64,000 bases of DNA from Candidatus Omnitrophota bacterium (GCA_044225175.1 JBGAJA010000003.1:197428-261427); one strand, 5' to 3'; positions 9,655 to 19,662 are shown, numbered from the stretch's first letter. Notes: generated by a model not told the origin, from the letters alone. Numbers and translations are program-made.

Positions 9655-10719
9655 ATGTCAGCGCTATTATTCCCAATTAAAATAGGTGATTTAGAACTTC
9701 CTAATCGTATTTTCATGGCTCCTTTAACGCGTTGTCGGGCTATTGGTGGTGGGCGTGTGCCTAATGAGCTCATGAAGGAATATTACCTTCAGCGTGCTAG
9801 TGCGGGACTTATCTTTAGTGAAGCAACAGCTATTTCACCTATGGGTGTTGGTTATCCAGATACTCCAGGCATTTGGTCACAGGAACAAATTGAAGGTTGG
9901 AAGTCGATCACTGATGCAGTCCATAAAGCTGGTGGAAAGATGTTGCTTCAACTCTGGCATGTGGGCAGAATTTCTGATCCTATTTATTTAAATGGAAAAC
10001 TTCCAGTTGCTCCAAGTGCTATACAACCCTCTGGGCATGTAAGTTTGGTGCGTCCTGAAAAATCTTTTGTTACTCCTCGTGCCCTTGAATTAAGTGAGAT
10101 CCCAGGAATTATCGAAGAATATCGTCAGGGAGCCCTGAATGCGAAAATAGCAGGGTTTGATGCCGTTGAAATTCATGGAGCCAATGGATATCTATTAGAT
10201 CAATTCCTACAGGATGGTTCCAATCATAGAACAGACCAGTATGGGGGATCTGTAGAGAATCGTGCGCGTTTGATGCTGGAAGTGACAGATGCGGTCATCT
10301 CTGTTTGGGGTAAAGGGCGGGTCGGTATGCATTTAGCTCCCAGAGGTGATGCTCAATCCATGGGAGATTCTAATCCCTTGGCTACTTTTGGCTATGTTGC
10401 TCAAGAATTAGGCAAGCGTGGCATTGCTTTTATCTGTGCTCGAGAATCTTTAGGAGAAAAACGAATCGGCCCAGAACTTAAAAAATTGTTTGGCGGTATT
10501 TATATCGCTAATGAAAAATTTGATCAAAAATCTGCAGAGCAAATAATCGAATCAAAACAAGCCGATGCTGTTGCTTTTGGAAAATTATTTATTGCTAATC
10601 CCGACCTGCCTCAGAGATTTAAAAATTCAGCCGCTCTTAATCCGCCAGATCCAAAAACTTTTTATGGTTCCGACGCAAAGGGATATACTGACTATCCCAC
10701 ATTACCTATCTTAAGTTGA
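9655..10719 (+). CDS. Old yellow enzyme / alkene reductase (NemA/XenB-like)
   Basis: NRIFMAPLTR, EIHGANGYLLDQFL and GYTDYP motifs. Confidence 0.93.
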   Translation: MSALLFPIKIGDLELPNRIFMAPLTRCRAIGGGRVPNELMKEYYLQRASAGLIFSEATAISPMGVGYPDTPGIWSQEQIEGWKSITDAVHKAGGKMLLQLWHVGRISDPIYLNGKLPVAPSAIQPSGHVSLVRPEKSFVTPRALELSEIPGIIEEYRQGALNAKIAGFDAVEIHGANGYLLDQFLQDGSNHRTDQYGGSVENRARLMLEVTDAVISVWGKGRVGMHLAPRGDAQSMGDSNPLATFGYVAQELGKRGIAFICARESLGEKRIGPELKKLFGGIYIANEKFDQKSAEQIIESKQADAVAFGKLFIANPDLPQRFKNSAALNPPDPKTFYGSDAKGYTDYPTLPILS

Positions 10720-10782
10720 ATTCCATCCTAAAAGAATTATACTAATTGGGTTATTAAGCTGAAGATAATATTAAGGAGAGAT

Positions 10783-11844
10783 ATGATTACGGAGTTTATA
10801 GGATTTTATTTGGCTGGATTAGCAGTTAATTTAACACCTTGCGTTTATCCAATGCTTACTGTCACCGCATCATTATTCAAACCTAAGAAGGATTCTCATG
10901 AAACACTTCGCCATTCGTTTTTAAAAGCATTTGTCTACGTGTTGGGTATTGTTTTAATGTATAGCACGCTTGGATATTTTGCGGCTTTTAGCGGCAAATT
11001 ATTCGGTTCTGCACTCCAAAGCAGATGGGTTTTAGGTGCGGTTGCTTTAATGATGTTTGCTTTAGCTTTATCGATGTTTGGACTTTTTCAAATTAGGATG
11101 CCTCAAGAGTTGCTTAATAAATTAAGCGGGCTTAGAAAAGCGGATTATGTGGGATTGTTTTTATCTGGAGTACTCGTCGGATATTTTGCTGCACCATGTA
11201 TTGGTCCTCCAGTTTTAGCTTTATTAGCTGCGGTAGCCAATCATGGAGACCCTGCCTTTGGTTTCTGGGCATTCTTTGTTTTTTCTTGGGGGCTTGGAAC
11301 TCCTTATTTGTTATTGGGAACATTTTCAAAATTAATTACCAAATTACCTAAAGCTGGAAAGTGGCTTCTTTGGGTCGAAAGAATCTTTGGGGTCGTTTTA
11401 TTGTGCTTTGCGTTTTTTTATTTATCTTTAGCATTACGCTTGAATCAACCTGCCACTGGTCAGCTCATCATTTTTCAACCATATAGTCCAACGAAATTAG
11501 AAGAAGTGATTAAGAATCATAGACCTGTTGTTATTGATTTTTTTGCTGAATGGTGTCCAGGATGTAAAGAAATGGATCGAAAAGTCTTTCCAGATCCTGA
11601 AATCAAAAAACAGCTTTCTCAAGTGACTGCTTTGCGGGTCGATGCAACTAATATTGATGATCCGCAAGTCTCTAAAATTATCGATTATTTTGGAGTTATT
11701 GGTCTTCCTACAGTTGTTTTTTTAGATAAAAATGGACAAGAGGTCAAGGAGGCCAGAATTGAAGGTGAGGAATCGGTCAGAGGGTTTCAAAGATCATTAG
11801 ATATTTGGTCTAAGAAAATTGGGGTTCAATTAGAGAGGAAATAG
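10783..11844 (+). CDS. dsbD: DsbD/CcdA transmembrane domain fused to a thioredoxin domain
   Basis: LTPCVYPM, APCIGP and WCPGC motifs; lacks the N-terminal Ig domain. Confidence 0.85.
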   Translation: MITEFIGFYLAGLAVNLTPCVYPMLTVTASLFKPKKDSHETLRHSFLKAFVYVLGIVLMYSTLGYFAAFSGKLFGSALQSRWVLGAVALMMFALALSMFGLFQIRMPQELLNKLSGLRKADYVGLFLSGVLVGYFAAPCIGPPVLALLAAVANHGDPAFGFWAFFVFSWGLGTPYLLLGTFSKLITKLPKAGKWLLWVERIFGVVLLCFAFFYLSLALRLNQPATGQLIIFQPYSPTKLEEVIKNHRPVVIDFFAEWCPGCKEMDRKVFPDPEIKKQLSQVTALRVDATNIDDPQVSKIIDYFGVIGLPTVVFLDKNGQEVKEARIEGEESVRGFQRSLDIWSKKIGVQLERK

Positions 11845-11847
11845 TCT

Positions 11848-12381
11848 ATGAGAACTTTTATTTTGGTGGCATTGATATGTTGTGTTAGCTTTTTTTTTAC
11901 AAAAGCGAAGGGAGAACATATGGATTCTGTGAAACCTGGAAAGATTAAGATTTGGGACGTGGCAAGTAATAGTTATCAGACGGTAGATACAGTTATTAAA
12001 ACTGATGATGAATGGAAAAAGATACTAACTCCTCAGCAATATGAAGTTACCCGTGCCCATGGTACAGAACGTGCTTTTTGTGGATTACCAACCAAAGATC
12101 ACAAAAAAGGTGTTTATAAGTGCGTGGGTTGCAGGACGGATCTTTATCGAGCTGGAGAAAAGTTTGAATCAGGAACAGGATGGCCTTCTTTTTGGCAACC
12201 AGTTAATGAAGCTAATGTTGGATATACAGAAGATTTTGATTTTGGTATGCATCGCACAGAGGTCCATTGTGCTCGATGTGGTGCTCACTTAGGCCATGTT
12301 TTCGATGATGGTCCTCCTCCAACAGGAAAAAGATACTGTATTAATTCTGTGGCATTGAAGTTTGTGCCTGATGAAAAATAG
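11848..12381 (+). CDS. msrB: Peptide-methionine (R)-S-oxide reductase with signal peptide
   Basis: KFESGTGWPSFW, HLGHVFDDGP and RYCINS motifs; two CxxC. Confidence 0.95.
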   Translation: MRTFILVALICCVSFFFTKAKGEHMDSVKPGKIKIWDVASNSYQTVDTVIKTDDEWKKILTPQQYEVTRAHGTERAFCGLPTKDHKKGVYKCVGCRTDLYRAGEKFESGTGWPSFWQPVNEANVGYTEDFDFGMHRTEVHCARCGAHLGHVFDDGPPPTGKRYCINSVALKFVPDEK

Positions 12382-12410
12382 CCTGCAATTATTAGGCCAA
12401 GGAGACTATT

Positions 12411-13025
12411 ATGCGACTTACGGCTCTGTTTTTTTTAAGTTTGGTATTAATGACAACTTTTACGCATGCTCAGGAGGTTAAAATGAATCAAGAACAATTA
12501 GAAAAAGCAACTTTTGCAGGAGGATGTTTTTGGTGTATGCAGCCATTTTTTGATCGCATTAAAGGAGTTAAATACACCCAGGTGGGATATACAGGTGGAC
12601 AAACTAAAAATCCAACCTATGAAGAGGTGTCTATGGGAGAGACAGGTCATGCGGAAGCCATCGAAATCACATACGATCCTAAGGAAGCTACGTATGAACA
12701 ATTATTGAACGTCTATTGGCATAATATTGACCCAACTGTTGAAAATGCACAGTTTGTAGATCATGGGACACAATACCGAAGTGCTATTTTTTATCATGGA
12801 CAAGAGCAAAAGCACAAAGCTGAACAATCTAAGAAACAATTGGCAGCTTCTGGCAAGTTCGATAAGCCTATTATGACTGAAATCGTAGCTGCAGATACTT
12901 TTTATCCAGCCGAAGAGTATCATCAACAATACTACAAAAAAAGTCCTGTTCGATATCAAATGTATAGTGCAGGTTCCGGACGGCATGAATTTTTAGAGAA
13001 AGTATGGGGGAAAGACCAGCATTAA
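12411..13025 (+). CDS. msrA: Peptide-methionine (S)-S-oxide reductase with signal peptide
   Basis: FAGGCFWC and AEEYHQQYY motifs. Confidence 0.95.
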   Translation: MRLTALFFLSLVLMTTFTHAQEVKMNQEQLEKATFAGGCFWCMQPFFDRIKGVKYTQVGYTGGQTKNPTYEEVSMGETGHAEAIEITYDPKEATYEQLLNVYWHNIDPTVENAQFVDHGTQYRSAIFYHGQEQKHKAEQSKKQLAASGKFDKPIMTEIVAADTFYPAEEYHQQYYKKSPVRYQMYSAGSGRHEFLEKVWGKDQH

Positions 13026-13060
13026 TTGATCTCTTTCATTGATAATGGGTTAAGACATAG

Positions 13061-13097
13061 TAAACCCCTTACAATTTAATAAATTGTGAGGGGTTTA
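13061..13097. terminator. Hairpin, probable terminator after msrA
   Basis: TAAACCCCTTACAATTT/AAATTGTGAGGGGTTTA stem. Confidence 0.7.
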
Positions 13098-13144
13098 ATG
13101 TTTTTAAGGGTAAAAATAGCTCTTTAAAATATTTCATTTACCAG

Positions 13145-13173
13145 TTGCGAATATATAAATTCGCACATAATAT
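13145..13173 (+). promoter_or_regulatory. Candidate promoter with palindromic operator upstream of the pilus cluster
   Basis: TGCGAAT-ATATAA-ATTCGCA palindrome overlapping TTGCGA-17-TAATAT. Confidence 0.45.
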
Positions 13174-13219
13174 AAAAACACATTATTAGAAAAATAACAT
13201 TTAATTTTGGAGGAATTCT

Positions 13220-14866
13220 TTGAAACGACCATTGAGGATGTTGTGTGCTTGTTTGATGGTCCTTGCTTTGTTCCCGCAGCAATCTTTGCATGCCTTAGAA
13301 AATCCTTTGGCTGACACTCAGAGAATTTCCATCGATTATAAAAATGCCGATCTCACAGATGTTATTAAAGCCATTTCCTATTCCTATAATCTTAATATCG
13401 TTGTTCAAAAAGATGTTTCCGGTAAAGTTTCTGCTCAATTAAAAGACATTACTGTCGACGAAGCCTTACATGCTATCCTTTCTGTTAATAATTATTCCTA
13501 TATTCGAAAAGGGAGTGTCATTTATATTTTAGATAAGAATGATGTAACCAGTATTACGGAATCTTTGCCTTTACATTTTTTGACTCTTAAAGCAGCCAAG
13601 AATTTGTTAAGTGGGGCATTGCCTAAATTTAATGGTGTCATTCAGGGAAGTGAGGATTCTAATAATCTTGTAGTTACGGCTAATCCTGCTGATTTAGAGA
13701 GTGTGAAAGAATGTCTTAAAGGCATAGATGTGCCGCCTATTCAAGTTCTTATTGAAGCGCAAATTATTGATATTAATAAATCAGACATTCAGAAATTGGA
13801 TAGTGCTGTGGGGCTTATATATTCGGCTTCTCAAACAGGAGGACAATTCGTTAAATATACTCCAACGGTAGGGCCTGCAGAATCTGGTGCTGCTGTACCA
13901 TTCAAAGATAACGTTACAGACGACCAAAGCGCTTTTACAATCTCTAATAATTCAGACAAACTTTTTTCACAAGTTTCACTTAATGCATTGGTCAATAATC
14001 ATAAAGCCCGGGTTATAGCATCACCATCCATTGCAACCCTCAATGGACATGAGGCTAATATTCTCATTGGTGAAAAATATCCATATATCAACTCTACAAC
14101 TGCGGCAGGGGGAACTGGCGGGGGAGTGGTTAATCAGACGACCACTTCTTATATTGACATTGGAACAAAACTTAGAGTTACCCCCAGGGTTTCTGTAGAT
14201 GGTTGGATTACCATGAAAATTCAACCTGAAGTTTCCACATTCTTAGGTCTTGTTAATGGAAATCCTAACATTGCTACACGTTCTGCAGAAACAGAAGTAA
14301 GGGTTAAGGATAATCAAACAATTATCATCGGTGGTTTAAAAGGTACGAGTAATATTCGTGATAAAAATGGCACGCCTTTTTTGAAGGATATACCTATTTT
14401 AGGAGCTCTTTTTTCAAGTAACGATAAAACAATTGTTGATGGAGAACTAACAGTTTTAATTACTCCTCATGTTATACCCATGCCTAAAACAGGAAATGTA
14501 GCAACTCCAGATAATTCATATGCTTCTACTCAGAATCGTAAAGATAATGAAATGATTCAGAATATCTTAAATTATGCCGAGACATTAGATGCAGAAAGAA
14601 CCAAAGATCCTGCAAAGAATCTTTATCTTAGCTCAGAACAGGTTAAATCTTACCGTATGGTCTTGCAGCAATTTCCTGACTCGGGTAGAAGTGATTTCTG
14701 TTTGTATAGAATAGCTTTAATTTATGCCAAAGAATTTGGTAAATGCGATGCTTCAAAGGAAGCTTTAGATGAATTAAAAGAATTAGATTCTGATAGTCCA
14801 TATGTCCCCGTCACAGAAGCCTTAGTTGATGCATGTAATGCAGTGAATAGAAGTCCAAAGAAATAA
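13220..14866 (+). CDS. Secretin (PilQ/GspD family) with C-terminal TPR-like extension
   Basis: QVLIEAQII, ASPSIATLNGHEANILIG and PFLKDIPILGALF motifs; TTG start after GGAGG. Confidence 0.9.
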   Translation: MKRPLRMLCACLMVLALFPQQSLHALENPLADTQRISIDYKNADLTDVIKAISYSYNLNIVVQKDVSGKVSAQLKDITVDEALHAILSVNNYSYIRKGSVIYILDKNDVTSITESLPLHFLTLKAAKNLLSGALPKFNGVIQGSEDSNNLVVTANPADLESVKECLKGIDVPPIQVLIEAQIIDINKSDIQKLDSAVGLIYSASQTGGQFVKYTPTVGPAESGAAVPFKDNVTDDQSAFTISNNSDKLFSQVSLNALVNNHKARVIASPSIATLNGHEANILIGEKYPYINSTTAAGGTGGGVVNQTTTSYIDIGTKLRVTPRVSVDGWITMKIQPEVSTFLGLVNGNPNIATRSAETEVRVKDNQTIIIGGLKGTSNIRDKNGTPFLKDIPILGALFSSNDKTIVDGELTVLITPHVIPMPKTGNVATPDNSYASTQNRKDNEMIQNILNYAETLDAERTKDPAKNLYLSSEQVKSYRMVLQQFPDSGRSDFCLYRIALIYAKEFGKCDASKEALDELKELDSDSPYVPVTEALVDACNAVNRSPKK

Positions 14867-14891
14867 ATTTATTATCTCTAGAAAGAAGTAT

Positions 14892-15281
14892 ATGGCAGAT
14901 GAATTAAAGAAAAAAATCTTAATTGTGGATGATGATCCGATGATAGTTGCTTTGATGGTAAAAACTCTTCAAGCTATGGGATTTGATGTTTTAAAAGGCT
15001 CTAATGGTCAGGAAGCTTTAACCATTGTTAAAGAAACCAGGCCAGATTTAATTATTCTTGATCAAATGATGCCTAAAATTGACGGGATTAAGACTTGTGC
15101 TTTATTAAAAGCTGATCGAAGATTTTTAAATATCCCTATCATTATGTTTACAGCTTCCGCAGAAGAAGCTGATAGAACTCTCAGTAAACAAATGGGAGCT
15201 GATGATTACTGTAATAAACCGTTAAATGTAGCAGAATTAAAACAGAAGATTGAATATTTGTTGTCTCAATCTAAAAACTAA
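14892..15281 (+). CDS. Single-domain response regulator (CheY/PilH-like)
   Basis: ILIVDDD, PDLIILDQMMP and KP motifs. Confidence 0.92.
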   Translation: MADELKKKILIVDDDPMIVALMVKTLQAMGFDVLKGSNGQEALTIVKETRPDLIILDQMMPKIDGIKTCALLKADRRFLNIPIIMFTASAEEADRTLSKQMGADDYCNKPLNVAELKQKIEYLLSQSKN

Positions 15282-15287
15282 AACTTT

Positions 15288-16904
15288 ATGAGTACGCATA
15301 TAAAAAGATCCATGGGGGAGTTGTTTTTAGAAAAGGGATTAATATCCTCTTCTCAATGGGAGGAAGTACGTGCCGAACAGCAAAAAACTGGGGAATCTAT
15401 TTTTAGAATCATACCTAGGCTTGGTTTTATTACTCAAGAGAATATGGTTGAATTTATCGTTGAAAATAGTGGCGTCGTCCGCATAGATTTGAATCATCAT
15501 ATTATTAATCCAGCAATTATAGAATTAGTTCCTGAAGAAATTGCCCATAAACATTTGGTGATTCCTGTTTTAAAAATAGGCAATACGCTGACATGTGCAA
15601 TGGTGGATGTTTTTAATATTTATGTTCAGGATGAATTGGCTGCTAAAACAGGGCTTACAATCGATCCTGCTATTGCGACGGAGAATGAAATTAAATTAGC
15701 CATTGATGAATTTTATACAGTCAAAGGGGATGTGGATGATGTCATCAAGACATTAGATGACAATAAAACCACACAAAAAGATTCTGAAGAAGTAGATATT
15801 GTCCGTCTTGCTGATATGGGTCAAGATGCCCCCGTTGTTAAATTTGTTAATTTAATGATTGCACAGGCTGTTGGTGAAGGAGCTTCTGATATTCATATTG
15901 AGCCCGAAGAGAATACTTTGGCTATTAGGACTCGTGTCGATGGGATTTTAAGAAAACAGCCGGCTCCACCAAAACAGTTTCAAGCAGCCATTATTTCACG
16001 TATTAAGATTTTAGCTAAATTAGATATTGCAGAGACGCGTAAACCACAAGATGGTCGTATCCAATTAAAATTGGATAATAAGCGTATTGATATTCGTGTT
16101 TCCTGCTTACCGACAGTTTATGGTGAGAATATCGTCATGCGTCTTTTAGACACAAGTAATATTTTAATTGGTTTAGAAGAAATAGGTTTTGAAAAAGAGT
16201 TATTAGAAAAATTTAAAGGTCTTCTGCATAGACCCAACGGCATTCTTCTTGTTACTGGTCCTACAGGAAGTGGAAAAACAACAACACTGTACTCTTCGTT
16301 GAGTTTGATCAATGATCAAAGTAAGTCTATTGTCACAATTGAAGATCCTGTGGAATATCGTTTACCTGGAATTCGTCAGACACAGGTCAATACAAAAGTT
16401 GATTTAACTTTTGCGGCAGGCCTTCGATCTATTTTGCGTCAAGACCCTAATGTAATCATGGTTGGGGAAATTCGTGACGTAGAAACAGCCCAAATTGCAA
16501 TACAGGCAGCCTTAACAGGGCATCTTGTACTAGCTACATTACACACTAATAATGCTGCGGGCGCTATTACACGTTTGTTAGATATTGGAGTAGAACCATT
16601 CTTATTGTCCTCATCTATAGTTGGGGTATTGGCTCAACGTCTTGTGAGGTTAAAATGTAAGCACTGTAATGGTAAGGGTTGCAAAAGCTGCGTTCAGGGA
16701 TATAAGGGACGAACAAGTATTTTTGAATTGCTGGTTTTTAACGAAAAGATACGTGAATTAGTTTTGCGTAAAGCTTCAGCTGATGAGATACATCGAGTTG
16801 CAGTATCAACGGGCATGCAAAGTTTACGTGATGATGGGATGGCAAAAGTATCTCAGGGATTAACCACACAAGAAGAAGTGTTTAGAGTTACTCAACAAGA
16901 ATAA
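15288..16904 (+). CDS. pilB: Type IV pilus / T2SS assembly ATPase (PilB/GspE)
   Basis: ASDIHIEP, GPTGSGKTTT and LRQDPNVIMVGEIRD motifs. Confidence 0.93.
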   Translation: MSTHIKRSMGELFLEKGLISSSQWEEVRAEQQKTGESIFRIIPRLGFITQENMVEFIVENSGVVRIDLNHHIINPAIIELVPEEIAHKHLVIPVLKIGNTLTCAMVDVFNIYVQDELAAKTGLTIDPAIATENEIKLAIDEFYTVKGDVDDVIKTLDDNKTTQKDSEEVDIVRLADMGQDAPVVKFVNLMIAQAVGEGASDIHIEPEENTLAIRTRVDGILRKQPAPPKQFQAAIISRIKILAKLDIAETRKPQDGRIQLKLDNKRIDIRVSCLPTVYGENIVMRLLDTSNILIGLEEIGFEKELLEKFKGLLHRPNGILLVTGPTGSGKTTTLYSSLSLINDQSKSIVTIEDPVEYRLPGIRQTQVNTKVDLTFAAGLRSILRQDPNVIMVGEIRDVETAQIAIQAALTGHLVLATLHTNNAAGAITRLLDIGVEPFLLSSSIVGVLAQRLVRLKCKHCNGKGCKSCVQGYKGRTSIFELLVFNEKIRELVLRKASADEIHRVAVSTGMQSLRDDGMAKVSQGLTTQEEVFRVTQQE

Positions 16905-16915
16905 AAAGGTTTTAA

Positions 16916-18196
16916 ATGAGCAAGTTTTCTTATAAAGCTAGAAATAATGAAGGACAGCTAGTCACAGGCCAGCTGGAGGCAGATTCTCAGCAAGAGATTT
17001 TGCAACAGCTGGGTAAAATGCAATATACTCCCGTGACTATTGCTCCTCTTGCTGAAAAGAAAATAGTTGTAAAACCCACAGAGAAAAATGTTTCTCCTAA
17101 ATCAAAAGGTTTTTGGGATTTATCTTTTAGCTCTTTATCTACACCAGGAAAAGTAAAAGTTAAAGATGTTATGGTCTTTTGTTCCAATTTATCTAGCATG
17201 TCTTCAGCAGGAGTGCCTTTATTAGGAGCTTTAAATACAATTGCTGAACAGTTTCAGAATCCAGCTATGACCAATACTTTGCGTAGGGTTGCGCAATTGG
17301 TTTCTCAAGGTTCTTCTTTTTCTGATGCTTTGGCGGCTTTTCCAAGAGTTTTTTCACCTTTTTTTGTCAGCATGGTGAAAGTAGGGGAAATGTCAGGTAC
17401 TCTCGATAGTGGTTTGAAAGCACTAGCTATTTATTTGGAGAAGCAGGAACGTTTAAGGCAAACAGTTCGAGGGATATTAATTTATCCATCCATCTTAATG
17501 ATTGTTGGTACTGCTGTAGTAACTTTGATTTTAGTTTTTTTGATGCCAAAGTTTGTTGCTATTTTTACAAAAGCAAATGTACCATTGCCAATTCCTACAA
17601 AAATTTTGTATGGTTTAAGCCTTTTCATTCGACAATACTGGATGTGGATTATAGGAATATTGCTGAGCATTACTGGTGCTATTGTTTTTTCTTTTCAGAA
17701 ACAACAAGGAAGATACTTCTGGCAAAGACTGTTTATTAATATGCCTGTGGTTGGAGATCTTATTAAGAAAACATTGTGTGCCCGTTTTTGTAGAACATTA
17801 GGTATTATGCTTGAATCAGGTGTTTCTTTATTAGTTGCCCTGAAAATGGTTAAGCAAACACTCGACAATGTGGTCTTCGCAGAGATTTTAGAAGAGGTTT
17901 ATGAAAGTGCTGAAAAAGGTGAAGGTATTCATAAACCATTGCTGTTAAGAAAAGAGATTCCAAAAGATGTGAGTTATATGATATCCGTAGGTGAGCAAAG
18001 TGGTAATATTGGTTCGATGCTCAATAAAGTGGCAGATTTCTATGAAACTAAGATTGAGTTTGAGGTCAAGGATGCCGTCACTTTAATTGAGCCGACGTTT
18101 ATAGTGATTTTGGGGGGCGTTGTAGGTGTGATCATGGCATCTATGATTTTGCCTTTATTTGATATGATTAAAACCCTAGAAGTGATGCATAAATAA
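16916..18196 (+). CDS. pilC: Type IV pilus / T2SS inner-membrane platform protein (PilC/GspF)
   Basis: FSYKARN, AGVPLLGAL, VGEMSGTL and GEQSGNI motifs. Confidence 0.92.
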   Translation: MSKFSYKARNNEGQLVTGQLEADSQQEILQQLGKMQYTPVTIAPLAEKKIVVKPTEKNVSPKSKGFWDLSFSSLSTPGKVKVKDVMVFCSNLSSMSSAGVPLLGALNTIAEQFQNPAMTNTLRRVAQLVSQGSSFSDALAAFPRVFSPFFVSMVKVGEMSGTLDSGLKALAIYLEKQERLRQTVRGILIYPSILMIVGTAVVTLILVFLMPKFVAIFTKANVPLPIPTKILYGLSLFIRQYWMWIIGILLSITGAIVFSFQKQQGRYFWQRLFINMPVVGDLIKKTLCARFCRTLGIMLESGVSLLVALKMVKQTLDNVVFAEILEEVYESAEKGEGIHKPLLLRKEIPKDVSYMISVGEQSGNIGSMLNKVADFYETKIEFEVKDAVTLIEPTFIVILGGVVGVIMASMILPLFDMIKTLEVMHK

Positions 18197-18236
18197 AAAT
18201 TAAAAATAAACAAAAAAATAAACTAAGGAGAATAAA

Positions 18237-18680
18237 ATGAAAAAAGGTTTCACGATTCTAGAATTGCTGGTTGTCATATCGGTTTTAGTTATTCTTATTG
18301 GTATTGCTATACCTAGATTTAAGGGTATGCAAGATGCAGCAAAAGTAGCTCAAGCAAAAGGTGAATTGCAAACCATGCAGGCAGCAATTGAGTCTTATTA
18401 CATGAACCAAACAACAAAAGCTTATCCTGCTAGTAATGCCACCGTTGGAGCGAGTGTTTTATCAACTCAATCCCCACAAATTATTTCTAGCACGCCTCCA
18501 TATGATCCATTTGGATCAACTAGCACAACAGAGTATATTTACACTAAATCAGCAAATGGTAATCATTATGTCATTTATTCTGTTGGAGCTGCAGGGAGTG
18601 GTTCAGCGAGTATTGTTAACGGAGGAACAGTCACTATCAGCAATTCTGCACTTTGTGTAACAAATGGAAGTGGTTGTTAA
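18237..18680 (+). CDS. Type IV major pilin / pseudopilin, copy 1
   Basis: KKG|FTILE prepilin motif; C-terminal CVTNGSGC. Confidence 0.93.
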   Translation: MKKGFTILELLVVISVLVILIGIAIPRFKGMQDAAKVAQAKGELQTMQAAIESYYMNQTTKAYPASNATVGASVLSTQSPQIISSTPPYDPFGSTSTTEYIYTKSANGNHYVIYSVGAAGSGSASIVNGGTVTISNSALCVTNGSGC

Positions 18681-18694
18681 TCAAGGAGAATAAA

Positions 18695-19138
18695 ATGAAA
18701 AAAGGTTTCACAATTTTAGAATTGTTGGTTGTTATATCGGTTTTAGTTATTCTAATTGGTATTGCCATTCCTAGATTTAAAGGTATGCAAGATGCTGCAA
18801 AAGTAGCTCAAGCCAAAGGTGAATTACAAACCATGCAGGCAGCAATTGAGTCTTATTACATGAACCAAACAACAAAAGCTTATCCTGCTAGTAACGCAAC
18901 TGTTGGAGCGAGCGTTTTATCGACTCAGGCACCACAAATTATACCAAGTACACCTCCGTATGATCCTTTTGGTGCGACTAGTTCAACAGAGTATGTTTAT
19001 ACCAAAGGTGCGGATGGTAGCTACTATGTTATTTATTCTGTTGGAGCTACGGGAAGTGGTTCTGCGAGTATTGTCAACGGAGGAACAGTTACAGTCACTG
19101 GTGGGGCACTTTGCGTTACAAATGGAAGCGGTTGTTAA
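18695..19138 (+). CDS. Type IV major pilin / pseudopilin, copy 2
   Basis: Start ATG 18695 after AAGGAG; N-terminal half identical in protein to copy 1. Confidence 0.93.
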   Translation: MKKGFTILELLVVISVLVILIGIAIPRFKGMQDAAKVAQAKGELQTMQAAIESYYMNQTTKAYPASNATVGASVLSTQAPQIIPSTPPYDPFGATSSTEYVYTKGADGSYYVIYSVGATGSGSASIVNGGTVTVTGGALCVTNGSGC

Positions 19139-19186
19139 GTAATATTTTATTAAAAGTAATTCAGTATGGGTGAAAAGGAGACAGAT

Positions 19187-19630
19187 ATGAAAAAAGGTTT
19201 TACGATTTTGGAATTATTAATTGTTATTTCTGTATTAGTTATTTTAATTGGAATCGCTATCCCTCGTTTCAAAGGTATGCAAGATGCGGCTAAAATAGCA
19301 CAAGCTAAAGCGGAATTGTTAACCATGCAGTCTGCGGTGGAGTCATATTATACTAATCAGTCTGTTAAAACATATCCTCCAACAAATGCTACAGTCGGGC
19401 AAAGCTATTTAGGGGTCACAACGCCTCAAATTTTACCTAATTCTCCACCATATGATCCATTTGGGGCAACTAATACAACAGAATATAATTATCTTTTGTC
19501 TGCAAATGGGGCCCATTATGTTATTTATTCTATTGGTGCTAATGCTTCAGGCACAGTAAGTATTGTTAATGGAGGAACAGTTACTATTAGTAGTAATGCA
19601 TTATGCGTAACTAATGGTAGCGGATGTTAA
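19187..19630 (+). CDS. Type IV major pilin / pseudopilin, copy 3
   Basis: ATG 19187 after AAGGAG; same prepilin motif and C-terminal Cys pair. Confidence 0.93.
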   Translation: MKKGFTILELLIVISVLVILIGIAIPRFKGMQDAAKIAQAKAELLTMQSAVESYYTNQSVKTYPPTNATVGQSYLGVTTPQILPNSPPYDPFGATNTTEYNYLLSANGAHYVIYSIGANASGTVSIVNGGTVTISSNALCVTNGSGC

Positions 19631-19662
19631 TGCTGAGAGTTGTTTCCTGCGTATGATAATGT

